Source: Candidatus Dormiibacterota bacterium (GTDB lineage: Bacteria; Chloroflexota; Dormibacteria; CF-121). From it: a DNA stretch of 64,000 nucleotides. Where the stretch lies: positions 7,875-71,874 of the forward strand of contig DATASI010000121.1 of NCBI GenBank assembly GCA_036269255.1, written 5' to 3'. A program made the translations under genes and the position numbers. The notes below the pieces were generated by a model. That model was not told where the DNA came from and searched no databases. It saw only the letters and a program-made list of their open reading frames with translations. Shown here piece by piece: positions 53,097-63,212 of this stretch. Each line of letters opens with the position of its first letter. Position 1 is the stretch's first letter.

Positions 53097-54200
53097 ATGG
53101 CAGGCATCTGGCGGCGGCGCGCCAACGACTGGCCACGTCGCGCCCACCCGCCGCGCGAACCGGGTGGATCCGTGGATAACCCCGAGCAACCGATGGAGGC
53201 GTTCGCCGTCCTCGAGCACCTGGCCGAAGGCGTTGTGCTGGTGGATGCGGATCGGAGCGTCGGCTGGCTCAATCCGGTAGCGGCCCGGCTCCTTTCGGCG
53301 ATCGATCAGCCGGTCGGCCGGCTCCTGGTCGAGGTCATTCGTGACCATCGGCTCGACGCACTCGCCGAACGCGCGCGCGAGTCGGGCGATGAGCAATCGC
53401 TGGAGATCGAGCTCCCCGTTTCGGGTCGGATCCTGCAGGTTCGGGCCATCCCGCTCGAGGGCCAGCGGGCGGCGCTGATCTTCAGCGATGTGAGCCGGCT
53501 GCGCTATCTGGAGACCGTTCGGCAGCAATTTGTTGCCAACCTTTCCCACGAGATCCGCACCCCACTCGCCGGTCTCGACCTTGCCGCCCAGACCCTCGCG
53601 GGCCAATTGCCTGCCGACGGCGACGCGCGGACCTTCATCGACCGCGTGATCCAGGAATCGCAGCGACTGCAGGCCATCCTCCACAACCTGACCCAGCTGG
53701 CGGCCCTCGATGCGGAAGGCATCCAGGTCGAGCGAGCGCGTTTCAGGGTGGCCGGCCTGGTCGGCGAGTTGATCGATCGCTACCAGGGGCGCGCGGCCGC
53801 CGCCGGACTGCAGCTGCGCGCGGAAGCGATTGACGCTCAGCTCGAGGCGCTCGGCGACCGAGGCAAAGCGGACCAGGCGTTGCAGAACATCGTCGACAAC
53901 GCGCTGAAATTCACCAAAGCCGGCGAGGTGGTGGTGGGGGCGCACGCCGATCACGTCTGGGCCGTGATCGCCGTCCGCGACACCGGCCCCGGGATTCCAC
54001 CCCGCGACCTCCCGCGGATCTTCGAGCGCTTTTACAAGGTCGATCGCGCTCGTGGGGGCCAACCCGGAACCGGCCTGGGGCTCTCGATCGCCCGCCACCT
54101 GATCGAGCTCCAGGGCGGCACGATCACGGCCGACAGCATTCCGGGCTCGGGCAGCGAGGTGACCGTGCGGCTTCCGCGCCCAGCGTTAACCTCCCCTTAA
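53097..54200 (+). CDS. Soluble PAS-containing sensor histidine kinase (SenX3/PhoR-like)
   Basis: PAS domain, then the HisKA H-box LSHEIRTPLAGL, then the HATPase N, G1 (DTGPGIP) and G2 (GTGLGLSIA) boxes. There are no TM helices. An alternative start is ATG 53193. Confidence 0.85.
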   Translation: MAGIWRRRANDWPRRAHPPREPGGSVDNPEQPMEAFAVLEHLAEGVVLVDADRSVGWLNPVAARLLSAIDQPVGRLLVEVIRDHRLDALAERARESGDEQSLEIELPVSGRILQVRAIPLEGQRAALIFSDVSRLRYLETVRQQFVANLSHEIRTPLAGLDLAAQTLAGQLPADGDARTFIDRVIQESQRLQAILHNLTQLAALDAEGIQVERARFRVAGLVGELIDRYQGRAAAAGLQLRAEAIDAQLEALGDRGKADQALQNIVDNALKFTKAGEVVVGAHADHVWAVIAVRDTGPGIPPRDLPRIFERFYKVDRARGGQPGTGLGLSIARHLIELQGGTITADSIPGSGSEVTVRLPRPALTSP

Positions 54201-54300
54201 CCTTCCACCAACCGAGCGATTACGGCGGCTGCCTAACATCAGGACTGGATCCGCTATCTGAATTTTCGCCTGTTCTCAAGGAGGAGGAAGCATCGCCAGC

Positions 54301-55416
54301 ATGAAACGTTTTTTCGTCGGTTCGACTGCGATCGCCGCGTTGTTGCTCGCGGCCTGCGGGAGCAATAACGGGACGGCGACCAACCCCTCGACCGGCGCGG
54401 CCAACCCGATCCCAGTTCCCCCGGCCGCGGCGCTGACCGGTGCCGGGGCGACCTTTCCGGCGCCGTTCTACGATGCCGCCCGTTTCGCCTACAACCAGAA
54501 GTTCAGCCAGGTCACGGTCAACTACCAGGCGGTTGGCTCCGGGGCCGGCATTCAGCAGCTGACCAAGAAGACCGTCGACTTCGGCGCCAGCGACGTACCG
54601 ATGAACGCGACGGAGCTCACCAACGCCGGGGGCGCCGGCAGCGTGGTCGAGATCGCCTCGACGCTCGGCACCGAAGGGCTCGCCTACAACCTCCAGGGCG
54701 TGGCCAACGGCCAGCTGAAGCTGACGCCCGACACGATCGCGGGCATCTTCCTGCGCCACATCACCAACTGGAACGACCCCGCGCTTGCCGCCGACAACAG
54801 CGGGGTCAGCCTGCCCAATCAGCCGATCACGGTCGTGCATCGTTCCGACGGCAGTGGCACGACCTACATCTTCAGCGACTACATGTCAACCGTGAACGCC
54901 GAGTGGAAGACGAAGATCGGCAAAGGCAAGTCGCTCAGCTGGCCGGCCGGCGAGCAGGGCGCCAGCGGCAACGCAGCCGTAGCCACCACCATCAAGAACA
55001 CGCCCGGCGCAATCGGGTACGTCGAGCTGGCCTACATCCTTCAGACCAACATGACGCAAGCGTCGCTCAAGAACCACGACGGCCAGTTCGTCATCCCCAG
55101 CGCCGAAGGCGCGACCGCCGCCGCCACCCAGTTCCCCGACGTGACGCCCGGCCAGTTCTCGATCGTCGACGCGCCCGGCAAGGCCAGCGCGCCGATCACC
55201 GGATACAGCTGGCTGATGCTCTATAAGGACCAGGCCGACAAGACCAAGGGCACGGCGCTGGTCGACTTCCTCTACTGGCTGGTTAAAGACGGCCAGCAGT
55301 ACGCGGTAACCGTCCATTACGCAAAGCTTCCAGCGAACATGGTCAGCAATGACGTGACCTCGCTCAAGACGGTTACCTCAGGAGGCAGTACGCTCCTCAC
55401 CGTTTCAGGCTCGTAA
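54301..55416 (+). CDS. pstS: Phosphate ABC transporter substrate-binding lipoprotein PstS
   Basis: Signal peptide plus lipobox LLAACGS. A PstS fold motif TGAGATFPAPFY is present. Confidence 0.88.
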   Translation: MKRFFVGSTAIAALLLAACGSNNGTATNPSTGAANPIPVPPAAALTGAGATFPAPFYDAARFAYNQKFSQVTVNYQAVGSGAGIQQLTKKTVDFGASDVPMNATELTNAGGAGSVVEIASTLGTEGLAYNLQGVANGQLKLTPDTIAGIFLRHITNWNDPALAADNSGVSLPNQPITVVHRSDGSGTTYIFSDYMSTVNAEWKTKIGKGKSLSWPAGEQGASGNAAVATTIKNTPGAIGYVELAYILQTNMTQASLKNHDGQFVIPSAEGATAAATQFPDVTPGQFSIVDAPGKASAPITGYSWLMLYKDQADKTKGTALVDFLYWLVKDGQQYAVTVHYAKLPANMVSNDVTSLKTVTSGGSTLLTVSGS

Positions 55417-55422
55417 ACAGGA

Positions 55423-56406
55423 ATGAGTCGGGGAACTGCCGATCGGGTGGTTCCGGCGCCGCTGGTGGCCATTGGCCGCCGGCGGCGCCTCAATACCGGT
55501 GACCAAATCTTCCGCGGACTGGCCTATGTGGCCGCCATTCTGGTCTTCGTCATCGCGTTTATCCTCGTGCTCGCCCTCTTGCTGCCGGCGCTGCCGTCGA
55601 TCACGCGCTTCGGTCTTGGCTTCATCGTCAGCCGGGTGTGGGATCCCGTCCACGAGCACTTCGGCGCCTTGCCCGCCATCTATGGGACGCTGGTCACGTC
55701 GGCCATCGGCATCGTGCTCGCGTTCCCCATCGGGTTGGGGGCGGCGCTCTTTCTGGCCGAGGAAGGGGGACTCAGGATGATCCGCGGCCCGCTCTCCTTC
55801 GCGATCGAATTGCTGGCGGCGATTCCCAGCGTGGTGATCGGGCTCTGGGCCTTTTTCACCCTGACGCCGTTGATGCGGGCGAACATCGATCCCTTCTTGA
55901 ATCACGTGTTCGGGTTTCTTCCGTTATTCAGGGGGACGGCCAGTGGATACGGCTACCTGACCGCGGGGGTCGTCCTGGCGATCATGGTGCTGCCGATCAT
56001 GACCGCCCTCTCGCGAGACGTGATCGCCGCCGTGCCTCGAGCCCTTCGGGAAGCCAGCCTGGCGCTGGGGGCGACGCGCGCGGAGACGATCTGGTCGGTG
56101 GTGCTGCCCTATGCCCGGGTCGGGATCACGGGCGCGATATTGCTTTCCCTGGGCCGGGCGCTGGGAGAGACGATTGCGGTCACGATGGTGATCGGCAACT
56201 CCCCGAACATCAGCGCCTCGCTCTTCAGCCTCGGCTACACGCTGCCGAGCGTGATTGCGAATGAGTTCACCGAGGCGGTTGGCAACGTCTACCAGGGGGC
56301 CCTCTTCGAACTCGCGCTGATCCTCGTGGTCATCACCGTCCTGGTCAACGTGTTCGCGCGACTACTGATCTGGCGCTTCAAAGGCTCGGAGCCGGCCTCG
56401 GCATGA
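55423..56406 (+). CDS. pstC: Phosphate ABC transporter permease PstC
   Basis: 6 TM helices and an EAA loop (…REASLALGATRAETIWSVVLP…). Confidence 0.88.
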   Translation: MSRGTADRVVPAPLVAIGRRRRLNTGDQIFRGLAYVAAILVFVIAFILVLALLLPALPSITRFGLGFIVSRVWDPVHEHFGALPAIYGTLVTSAIGIVLAFPIGLGAALFLAEEGGLRMIRGPLSFAIELLAAIPSVVIGLWAFFTLTPLMRANIDPFLNHVFGFLPLFRGTASGYGYLTAGVVLAIMVLPIMTALSRDVIAAVPRALREASLALGATRAETIWSVVLPYARVGITGAILLSLGRALGETIAVTMVIGNSPNISASLFSLGYTLPSVIANEFTEAVGNVYQGALFELALILVVITVLVNVFARLLIWRFKGSEPASA

Positions 56407-57242
56407 ACAGGCTGTGGGTGCGCATCGCGCTCGACCGGCTGGTCGTCGGGTTGATTGCCGTCTGCGTGACGATCGCGGCCATCCCGGTCGTCATTCTCTT
56501 CGTCTTCGTCCTCATCAAAGGGCTGCCGGGAATGCTCACCCCCGGCTTCTTCACCGATACGCCGCATCCCATCGGTGTCCCTGGAGGTGGCGTCGTCAAC
56601 GCCATTGTCGGCACGCTGATCATCGTTGGCCTCGCCTCGGCGTTTGCCGTTCCCTTTGGGACGATGATCGGGATCTTCCTGTCCGAGTACGGGCGCAACC
56701 AGCTTGGGAACGCGGTGCGGTTCATCAGCGATGTGCTCACCGGCCTCCCCTCGATCGCCTTCGGCATCTTCGGCTACACGGTCCTGGTGGCGACGGTGGG
56801 CCACTTTTCCGCGCTGTCGGCGTCGCTGGCCCTCGGCGTCTTGATGCTGCCGGTCATCCTGCGGGCGACGGAAACCGCGCTGGTCCTGGTCCCGGGATCG
56901 TTGCGCGAGGCCGGCCTGGCGCTGGGCGCGCCCCGCTGGAGAGTCACGCTCGAGATCATCGTGCCCGCCGCGCTGGGCGGCATCGTCACCGGCGCGCTCC
57001 TCTCGATGGCACGGGCAGCCGGCGAGACCGCGCCCCTGCTGTTCACGGCGCTGGGAAACGATTTCTTCAGCACCAATCCGCTGCGGCCGATGGGCGCGCT
57101 GGCATTGACCGTTTTTCACAACGCGCTGTCCCCCTACCCGAACCTGCAGGACCAGGCCTGGGCGGCGGCCCTGCTGCTCGTCATGCTGGTGGCGGTCACC
57201 AACATCCTCGCTCGGATTTACGTACGCCGGATCCAGCATTGA
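56403..57242 (+). CDS. pstA: Phosphate ABC transporter permease PstA
   Basis: EAA loop [22 protein letters not shown]. It overlaps pstC by 4 nt. Confidence 0.88.
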   Translation: MNRLWVRIALDRLVVGLIAVCVTIAAIPVVILFVFVLIKGLPGMLTPGFFTDTPHPIGVPGGGVVNAIVGTLIIVGLASAFAVPFGTMIGIFLSEYGRNQLGNAVRFISDVLTGLPSIAFGIFGYTVLVATVGHFSALSASLALGVLMLPVILRATETALVLVPGSLREAGLALGAPRWRVTLEIIVPAALGGIVTGALLSMARAAGETAPLLFTALGNDFFSTNPLRPMGALALTVFHNALSPYPNLQDQAWAAALLLVMLVAVTNILARIYVRRIQH

Positions 57243-57261
57243 GCCTCACGGCTGGGAGACA

Positions 57262-58089
57262 ATGAGATCGAGTGCCCTGATGCAGACCGAGGTTGCGCCG
57301 CCAGCCGTGCGTGATGCCGACCCCGCGATCAAGCTCGACGCGCGAAAGGTCAACTTCTGGTACGGCGACTTCCAGGCCCTGCACGAGGCCTCGCTGGCGG
57401 TGCAGGAGCAGAGGATCACCGCGCTGATCGGGCCGTCCGGATGCGGTAAGACCACCTTTCTGCGCATCTTCAACCGCATGCACGACCTGGTCCCGGGAAC
57501 GCGTACCAGCGGCGAGGTTTTGCTGGACGGCGCCAACGTGCTCACGCCTGATACCGACGTCATCCAGTTGCGGCGTCAGATTGGCATGCTCTTCCAGCGG
57601 CCCAACCCTTTCCCCAAATCGATCTACGACAACGTCGCCTACGGGCCGCACATCCTGGGGTGGCCGCGCAAGCGCATCGACCAGGTGGTTGAGGAAAGCC
57701 TGAAGGATACCGGGCTCTGGGAGGAGGTCAAGCACCGGCTTCGGCGGTCCGCCATCAACCTCTCGGGCGGCCAGCAGCAGCACCTCTGCCTGGCCCGAGC
57801 CCTGGCGGTGGAACCCGAGGTGATTCTCATGGACGAACCGGCGTCGGCGCTCGATCCGATTGCCACGTTGCGGATCGAAGAACTCATGCAACAGCTCAAG
57901 GAGCGGTATACGATCGTGATCGTGACGCACAATATGCAGCAGGCCGCCCGAGTCTCCGACTTCACCGCCTTCATGCTGATGAACGACCGGCGAGCCGGCG
58001 AGGTTGTCGAGTTCGGCCCCACCGACGACATCTTCAATCGTCCCAAAGACAGCCGGACAGAGGATTACATCACCGGCCGTTTCGGGTAA
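57262..58089 (+). CDS. pstB: Phosphate ABC transporter ATP-binding protein PstB
   Basis: [24 protein letters not shown] and [12 protein letters not shown] motifs. Confidence 0.9.
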   Translation: MRSSALMQTEVAPPAVRDADPAIKLDARKVNFWYGDFQALHEASLAVQEQRITALIGPSGCGKTTFLRIFNRMHDLVPGTRTSGEVLLDGANVLTPDTDVIQLRRQIGMLFQRPNPFPKSIYDNVAYGPHILGWPRKRIDQVVEESLKDTGLWEEVKHRLRRSAINLSGGQQQHLCLARALAVEPEVILMDEPASALDPIATLRIEELMQQLKERYTIVIVTHNMQQAARVSDFTAFMLMNDRRAGEVVEFGPTDDIFNRPKDSRTEDYITGRFG

Positions 58090-58099
58090 GAAGCTGGTC

Positions 58100-58759
58100 G
58101 TGGCGACTACCAGAACCGTCTTCGATCAGGAACTGGTCGAACTCAAATCGGGTGTGCTGCGCATGGGCAGCATGGTCGAGCAGGCGATAGCCGAGTCGAT
58201 GCGCGCCCTCGTGGACCGTGACAACGCGCTCGCCCGCTCGGTGATCGCCCGCGACGAAGAGGTCAACGAGCTGCACCGCCAGCTGCGCGAGCGCGCCTTC
58301 ATGATCATGGCAACCCAGCAGCCGGTGGCCCGAGACCTGCGCCTGATCGTCAGTTTCCAGCACATGGTCCTCGAGCTGGAACGGATGGGTGACCACGCGG
58401 TCAGCATCGCGCGCGCGACCCTGCGTCTAAACAATCTCCCGCTGCTCAAGCCCTACATCGACCTGCCGAAGATGGCCGAGCTGGTGGAATCGCAGGTCCA
58501 CGAGATCCTGGGGGCGGTGATCGAGGCCGACCAGGAGCGAGCCCGCGCAATTGCGGCGCGAGACGACGATGTCGACATCATCTATCACCGGCTCTGGGAC
58601 GAGCTGGTCGGCTACATGGTCAAGGACCCGTCGACGGTGGAACGTGCCGCGATCCTGCTCTTCCTTTCGAAGGATCTGGAGCGGATCGCCGACCGGGTGA
58701 CCAACATCGCCGAGGACGTCGTCTTCCTGCATACCGGCCGGATTGTGGAGCTGAGCTGA
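58100..58759 (+). CDS. phoU: Phosphate-signalling protein PhoU
   Basis: Two PhoU repeats (…ELKSGVLRMGSMVEQAIAES… / …ERMGDHAVSIARA…). The start is set at GTG 58100, just after the pstB stop; the ORF-track ATG 58004 lies inside pstB. Confidence 0.82.
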   Translation: MATTRTVFDQELVELKSGVLRMGSMVEQAIAESMRALVDRDNALARSVIARDEEVNELHRQLRERAFMIMATQQPVARDLRLIVSFQHMVLELERMGDHAVSIARATLRLNNLPLLKPYIDLPKMAELVESQVHEILGAVIEADQERARAIAARDDDVDIIYHRLWDELVGYMVKDPSTVERAAILLFLSKDLERIADRVTNIAEDVVFLHTGRIVELS

Positions 58760-59488
58760 TTGCCCAAGCGCATTCTCGTCGTCGAGGATGATGCGACGAT
58801 TCGGGACACGCTGTCCTTCAACCTCAAGAAGGAGGGTTACCTGGTGACCGTCGCCGAAGACGGTGCGCAGGCGTTACAGCAAGCCCGGGCTTCGCGGCCC
58901 GACCTCATTCTTCTCGATCTCATGCTGCCCGAGCTGAACGGTCTCGAGGTCTGCCGCATGTTGCGCCAGGAAGGCAACGTGCCGATCATCATGCTGACCG
59001 CCAAGGAAAGCGAGGTGGACAAGGTGGTCGGCTTGCAGCTCGGCGCCGACGACTACATCACCAAACCCTTTTCCCTCCGGGAGCTGTTTGCCCGCATGAC
59101 CGCTGTCTTGCGCCGCACCGAGCAGCGCGAGGTTCGACCCGAGCTGGAGGAAGACCGCCTCGGCCGGCTGCGCATCGACCGGGCGGGTCATCGCGCCCTG
59201 GTCGACGACACCGAGCTCAAGCTGACTCCCAAGGAGTGGGAGCTGCTCGCCTACCTGGTGCATCGCCCGGGCCGCGTCTTTACCCGGGAGATCCTGTTGG
59301 AGCAGGTCTGGGGCTATAACTACCTCGGCGATCGCAAGACGGTCGACGTCCACATCCGCTGGTTGCGCGAGAAGCTGGGGCGCTTCGGCAAGCTCGGCTT
59401 CGAAATCGTGACCGTGCGCGGGGCCGGCTACCGCGTCGACCCGGTGCGTGAGGCCGGCGAGGCGCAGCCGGCGGCGGTGGCCCGCTAG
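58760..59488 (+). CDS. OmpR/PhoB-family response regulator (RegX3/PhoP-like)
   Basis: A receiver (ILVVEDDATIRD…LILLDLMLPELNG…IIMLTAK) plus a winged-helix domain (…LTPKEWELLAYL…). The TTG start immediately follows the phoU stop. Confidence 0.88.
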   Translation: MPKRILVVEDDATIRDTLSFNLKKEGYLVTVAEDGAQALQQARASRPDLILLDLMLPELNGLEVCRMLRQEGNVPIIMLTAKESEVDKVVGLQLGADDYITKPFSLRELFARMTAVLRRTEQREVRPELEEDRLGRLRIDRAGHRALVDDTELKLTPKEWELLAYLVHRPGRVFTREILLEQVWGYNYLGDRKTVDVHIRWLREKLGRFGKLGFEIVTVRGAGYRVDPVREAGEAQPAAVAR

Positions 59489-59520
59489 CCGGAGCCGGAC
59501 CGCTTTCCCGTTATAGAAGG

Positions 59521-60858
59521 ATGCGGGGGTGGCGGTTTGCGGGGCGGGCCGAATGGTACGGGGCGGTTGCCATGGCAGGCGTGGTGGCGCTCGCGCTCGC
59601 GCTGACCTGGCTGCGCGGCAGCAGCCTGACGATCGGCCTGGCCGCGCTGCTCACCTCAGTCGTCTGGATGACCGCCTTTACGCTCGCCCTTCAGCGCGAA
59701 CGACGGACGTCGGCGGTCTCGGCGCAAGCCCAGTCGGGCCGTGGTCAGGCGATCATCCGACAGGAACTCGATCAACGGCTGGACGTCCAGCGACAGCTGC
59801 GGGAGACGGAGGCGCGGCTCCGCGCCATCATCGAAAGCGCTCCGGTCACCCTCTTCGCCGTCGACCTGGAGGGCGTCATCACGTTCTGCGTCGGCGTCGG
59901 GCCGGATCCCTTTGGCGGTGAGGCGCGCCGCGAGGCCAGCGGCTGGTCGGCCCTCGAGCTGCTGGCCGATCAACCTGACGCGATTCGCGCGATTCGCGAC
60001 GCGCTGTCCGGCGAGAGAGCGCAGATCGACCTGCGACGTGAGGAGCGGACCTTCGCGCTGCGGCTGGGACCGTTCCGCGACGCCGCGGGCCGGACCGCGG
60101 GAGCCATCGCGGTCGCCTCGGATGTCACCGACCGGCGGCGGGATGAGGCCATCTTGCGGCAGACGCTGGCGGCCTTGCGCGAGGCCGATGGGGAACGTCG
60201 GGCGCTGCTGGGCCGCCTGGTCGATGCCCAGGAGCAGGAGCGGCGCCGGATCGCCGCCGACATCCATGATGATTCGATCCAAACGATTTTTGCGGTGGCG
60301 GTCCGGTTGCTCAGCCTGCGATCCTCGTTGAAAGACCCGGCGCAGGTCCAGTTGCTCGACCGCCTCCAGGTGGCCGTCCAGCAAGCCTCCGACCGGTTGC
60401 GCCACCTGATCTTTGAACTTCGGCCGCTGACGCTCGATGAGGGAGGGCTGGCGGCGGCCCTACGCGAATCCCTGGTTGCGATGCAGGAAGAGACCGGGAT
60501 TGCGGTGGAGCTGACCGCGAGCGGCGAGGCCCACCCGGCGACCGACCTGGAGGTGATCGCGTTCCGCATCGCGCAAGAGGCCTTGAGCAACATTCGCAAA
60601 CACGCTCGCGCCCAGCACGTTCAATGTGTCGTGGCGACCGATTCGCAGGGGGTGCTGATCGACGTCAAGGACGACGGAGTGGGGTTCAATGGCGAAGCGC
60701 CGCGGCCTTCGTCGCGCGGCCACCTCGGCATCGTGGCGATGCGTGAGCGCGCCGAGCTCGCCGGCGGATGGCTCCGCATCACGGGATCCGAGGGGGCGGG
60801 CTGCCACGTCGAGTGTTGGATTCCGAACCACGCCCAGGCGGTGGCCAATGCCGCCTGA
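59521..60858 (+). CDS. Membrane-anchored sensor histidine kinase of the NarL/DesK type (HisKA_3) with a PAS domain
   Basis: N-terminal TM helices and a PAS region (…RAIIESAPVTLFAVDLEGVI…). The H-box is RRRIAADIHDDSIQT. The HATPase G-boxes are …DDGVGF… and …GHLGIVAMRERAE…. Confidence 0.85.
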   Translation: MRGWRFAGRAEWYGAVAMAGVVALALALTWLRGSSLTIGLAALLTSVVWMTAFTLALQRERRTSAVSAQAQSGRGQAIIRQELDQRLDVQRQLRETEARLRAIIESAPVTLFAVDLEGVITFCVGVGPDPFGGEARREASGWSALELLADQPDAIRAIRDALSGERAQIDLRREERTFALRLGPFRDAAGRTAGAIAVASDVTDRRRDEAILRQTLAALREADGERRALLGRLVDAQEQERRRIAADIHDDSIQTIFAVAVRLLSLRSSLKDPAQVQLLDRLQVAVQQASDRLRHLIFELRPLTLDEGGLAAALRESLVAMQEETGIAVELTASGEAHPATDLEVIAFRIAQEALSNIRKHARAQHVQCVVATDSQGVLIDVKDDGVGFNGEAPRPSSRGHLGIVAMRERAELAGGWLRITGSEGAGCHVECWIPNHAQAVANAA

Positions 60859-61519
60859 ATCGACGCCAACCACCTGCCTCATCGTCGACGACCATCTCCT
60901 CGTCAGCGAGGGGCTGGCGGCGATGCTGAATTCCAGCGGGCGGGTCCGGGTGGTTGGCACGGCCGCGTCGCTTTCCGAGGCGGAGCGGATCGCGAACCAG
61001 CTTCAGCCCGACGTGGTCGTGATGGACTCGCATCTTCATGAGGACTCGGGCGCGAATGTGGCCATGCGGCTCCGGGCGCGCCGGCCGCAGCTCGCCATCG
61101 TCTTCGTCAGCGCCGATGACAGTGATGCCGCGATGATCGCGGCGGTGCGGGCCGGGGCCTGCGCCTACCTGCCCAAGTCGAGGGCGGCCGCCGAGGTAAC
61201 CGAGGCCGTTTGCCGGGCGGCGGAGGGGGAGATGCTGATCCCGCCGGCGCAGCTCGCGCGCCTGCTGATGCGCTCGCAGGAAATGGCTCGCGACGAGGCG
61301 GAGCGGCGGCGCATCCAGGAGAGCCTGACGCGGCGCGAGCTCGAGGTGCTCGGCCTGATGGCCGGCGGGCTCGACAATCGGGCGATCGCGGCGGAGTTGG
61401 GCATCGGGTTTACCACGGTTCGCGGACACGTGCAGAACCTCCTCGAAAAACTCGATTCGCACTCCAAGCTCGAAGCGCTGGCCTGCGCCGCGCGTTACGG
61501 CCTCCTCGACGCCGCATAG
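60848..61519 (+). CDS. NarL/LuxR-family response regulator
   Basis: A receiver (CLIVDDHLLVSEG…VVVMDSHL…) plus a LuxR HTH (LTRRELEVLGLMAGGLDNRAIAAELGIGFTTVRGHVQNLLEKL). The start is the internal ATG 60848, which overlaps the kinase stop by 11 nt. Confidence 0.85.
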   Translation: MPPESTPTTCLIVDDHLLVSEGLAAMLNSSGRVRVVGTAASLSEAERIANQLQPDVVVMDSHLHEDSGANVAMRLRARRPQLAIVFVSADDSDAAMIAAVRAGACAYLPKSRAAAEVTEAVCRAAEGEMLIPPAQLARLLMRSQEMARDEAERRRIQESLTRRELEVLGLMAGGLDNRAIAAELGIGFTTVRGHVQNLLEKLDSHSKLEALACAARYGLLDAA

Positions 61520-62063
61520 CCCGGTAGTAACCCTGCAGCTGGCGGGGATCGATGCCGTGCGAATGGGGGGCGAACCGGCGCCGGAATGCCGCTATCGTGG
61601 TCCACGTCTCCAGCACCGGTAGGCTCTCCCGGCCGGCACTGCGACGCAAGTGGCCGCGGCAGTGTCCAATCCCAGGCAGGGAGTCAGTCAGTCCGGGCAT
61701 CCACCCGCGTCGGCGTCGGTGATGGCTGCGGCGGTAAGCCGAGGGTCGCACGTCCCCCTCCCAACCTCGCGCGCTGCCCGTCACCGGCGTCGGCGTTTCT
61801 GCGCCGCCGAGCGACCCTTCGCCGGAGTCGCGCTCGCCCCTTCAAATGATGGGATGGCCAGCCGTCTATCGGCACGGCGATTTCGCCGGCAAACCGCCCT
61901 ACCGTGGAGCCATGATTGCAGCCGCCACGCTACCACCCCGACCGAGCCGCCATTCGATGACCGCACGCCGTCTGCCGTTCGCCGCAACCCCGCATCTCGG
62001 CGGCCGCCCGTACGAGGCTCGCGTGGGTTGGCGGGTCGCTGCGCAGAACACCAGGAGGAACCG

Positions 62064-63212
62064 ATGACACCGATGCCCACGTCGATTGCCGATCGCGCGA
62101 CGTCCGCGAGCGCCGCTTCGCCAGGTCGAGCGTTGTCCGCCGGCGGCTTTCGCGTCTTGCCCGGTGGCCGGGGGTCGCCCCAGGCCGTCCCGCGGCGCCG
62201 CTCCGGCTCGAGGCAGCCGGTTGGGCTGCCCGTGATCGCATCGCGCGGCAGCTATCTGCGCAAACTGCGCGCGCCCCGGCGTCCCGCGGAGCTGGCGCTG
62301 CTGAGCGTCATCCAGGAGACCTACCTGGCCGGCGCCAGCACGCGCGCGGTGGACGCCCTTGCCGAGCTGCTCGGCGTACCGGTCACGGAACCCGCGTCGA
62401 TCGAGGTTGCTGCGCGGCAGTGGGACGAGCGGGTGGAGGCGTTCCGCCGGCGCCCACTCCAGGATCGGTATCCCTACCTCCTGCTGCTCGAGGTCCCGCT
62501 GCTGATCAGCGGTGTGCTTGGCGCGACGACGTGCAAGGCGGTGGTCGCCGTCGGACGAGCCTCCTCCGGCGTTCGCGAGGTGGTCGGCTTCGCACTCCGG
62601 TCCGAGGGAACCATCGACTTCTGGACGTCCTTTCTCGGCGATCTCGATCAGCGCGGGCTTCACCGCCTGCGCCTGGTGACAGCGACACCGACTGACGGCT
62701 TGCTGGCAGCCGTGGCCACCGTTTACCCGGATGCCCAGTGGCAGCACTGCCGGCGGGACTTTCTGACGCACGCGCTCAGCCTGGTCCCCGAGCAGGGCCG
62801 TTCGGCGGTCAAGGCCAGCCTGCGCTCGGTCTTCTGCCAGCCGGACGTGACCGAGGCGCTGCATCGGCTCTCCCGCGTGCGCTCGCAGTTTGAATTCGGC
62901 TTTCCCGAGCTGGTCGACGCCCTCGATCAGCCGGTCGGTGCCCGCTTTGCCTACTTCGGCGTCCCCGCGGCGCAGCGTCGGCTGGTCAGCTCGCTGAGCT
63001 CGCTTGCGCCTCTGGAGCGGGAGCTCCGGCGCGCCTGTCAGCTGATTGGGATCTTTCCTCGCGACGCCACCGCCTTGCGGCTGGTCGGATCAATCCTGCA
63101 AGAGGTCAGCGACGAGTGGGCGGCGCGCGCGACGGCTCGACGAGGACCGGTCAGGGCAGCGATGGGATCGACGGTGAGAGCGCAGGAATGGCCGGTGTTA
63201 GCGGCGGCGTAG
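62064..63212 (+). mobile_element. IS256-family (mutator-type) transposase gene, possibly degenerate
   Basis: An ATG with a perfect AGGAGG Shine-Dalgarno 5 nt upstream. Transposase_mut motifs are present (…LSVIQETYLAGASTRAVDALAELLGV…, …REVVGFALRSEGTIDFWTSFLGDLDQRGL…, …YPDAQWQHCRRDFLTHALSLVP…). The first catalytic Asp region reads YPYLLLLEV instead of the usual …D(A/S)T…. Confidence 0.7.
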
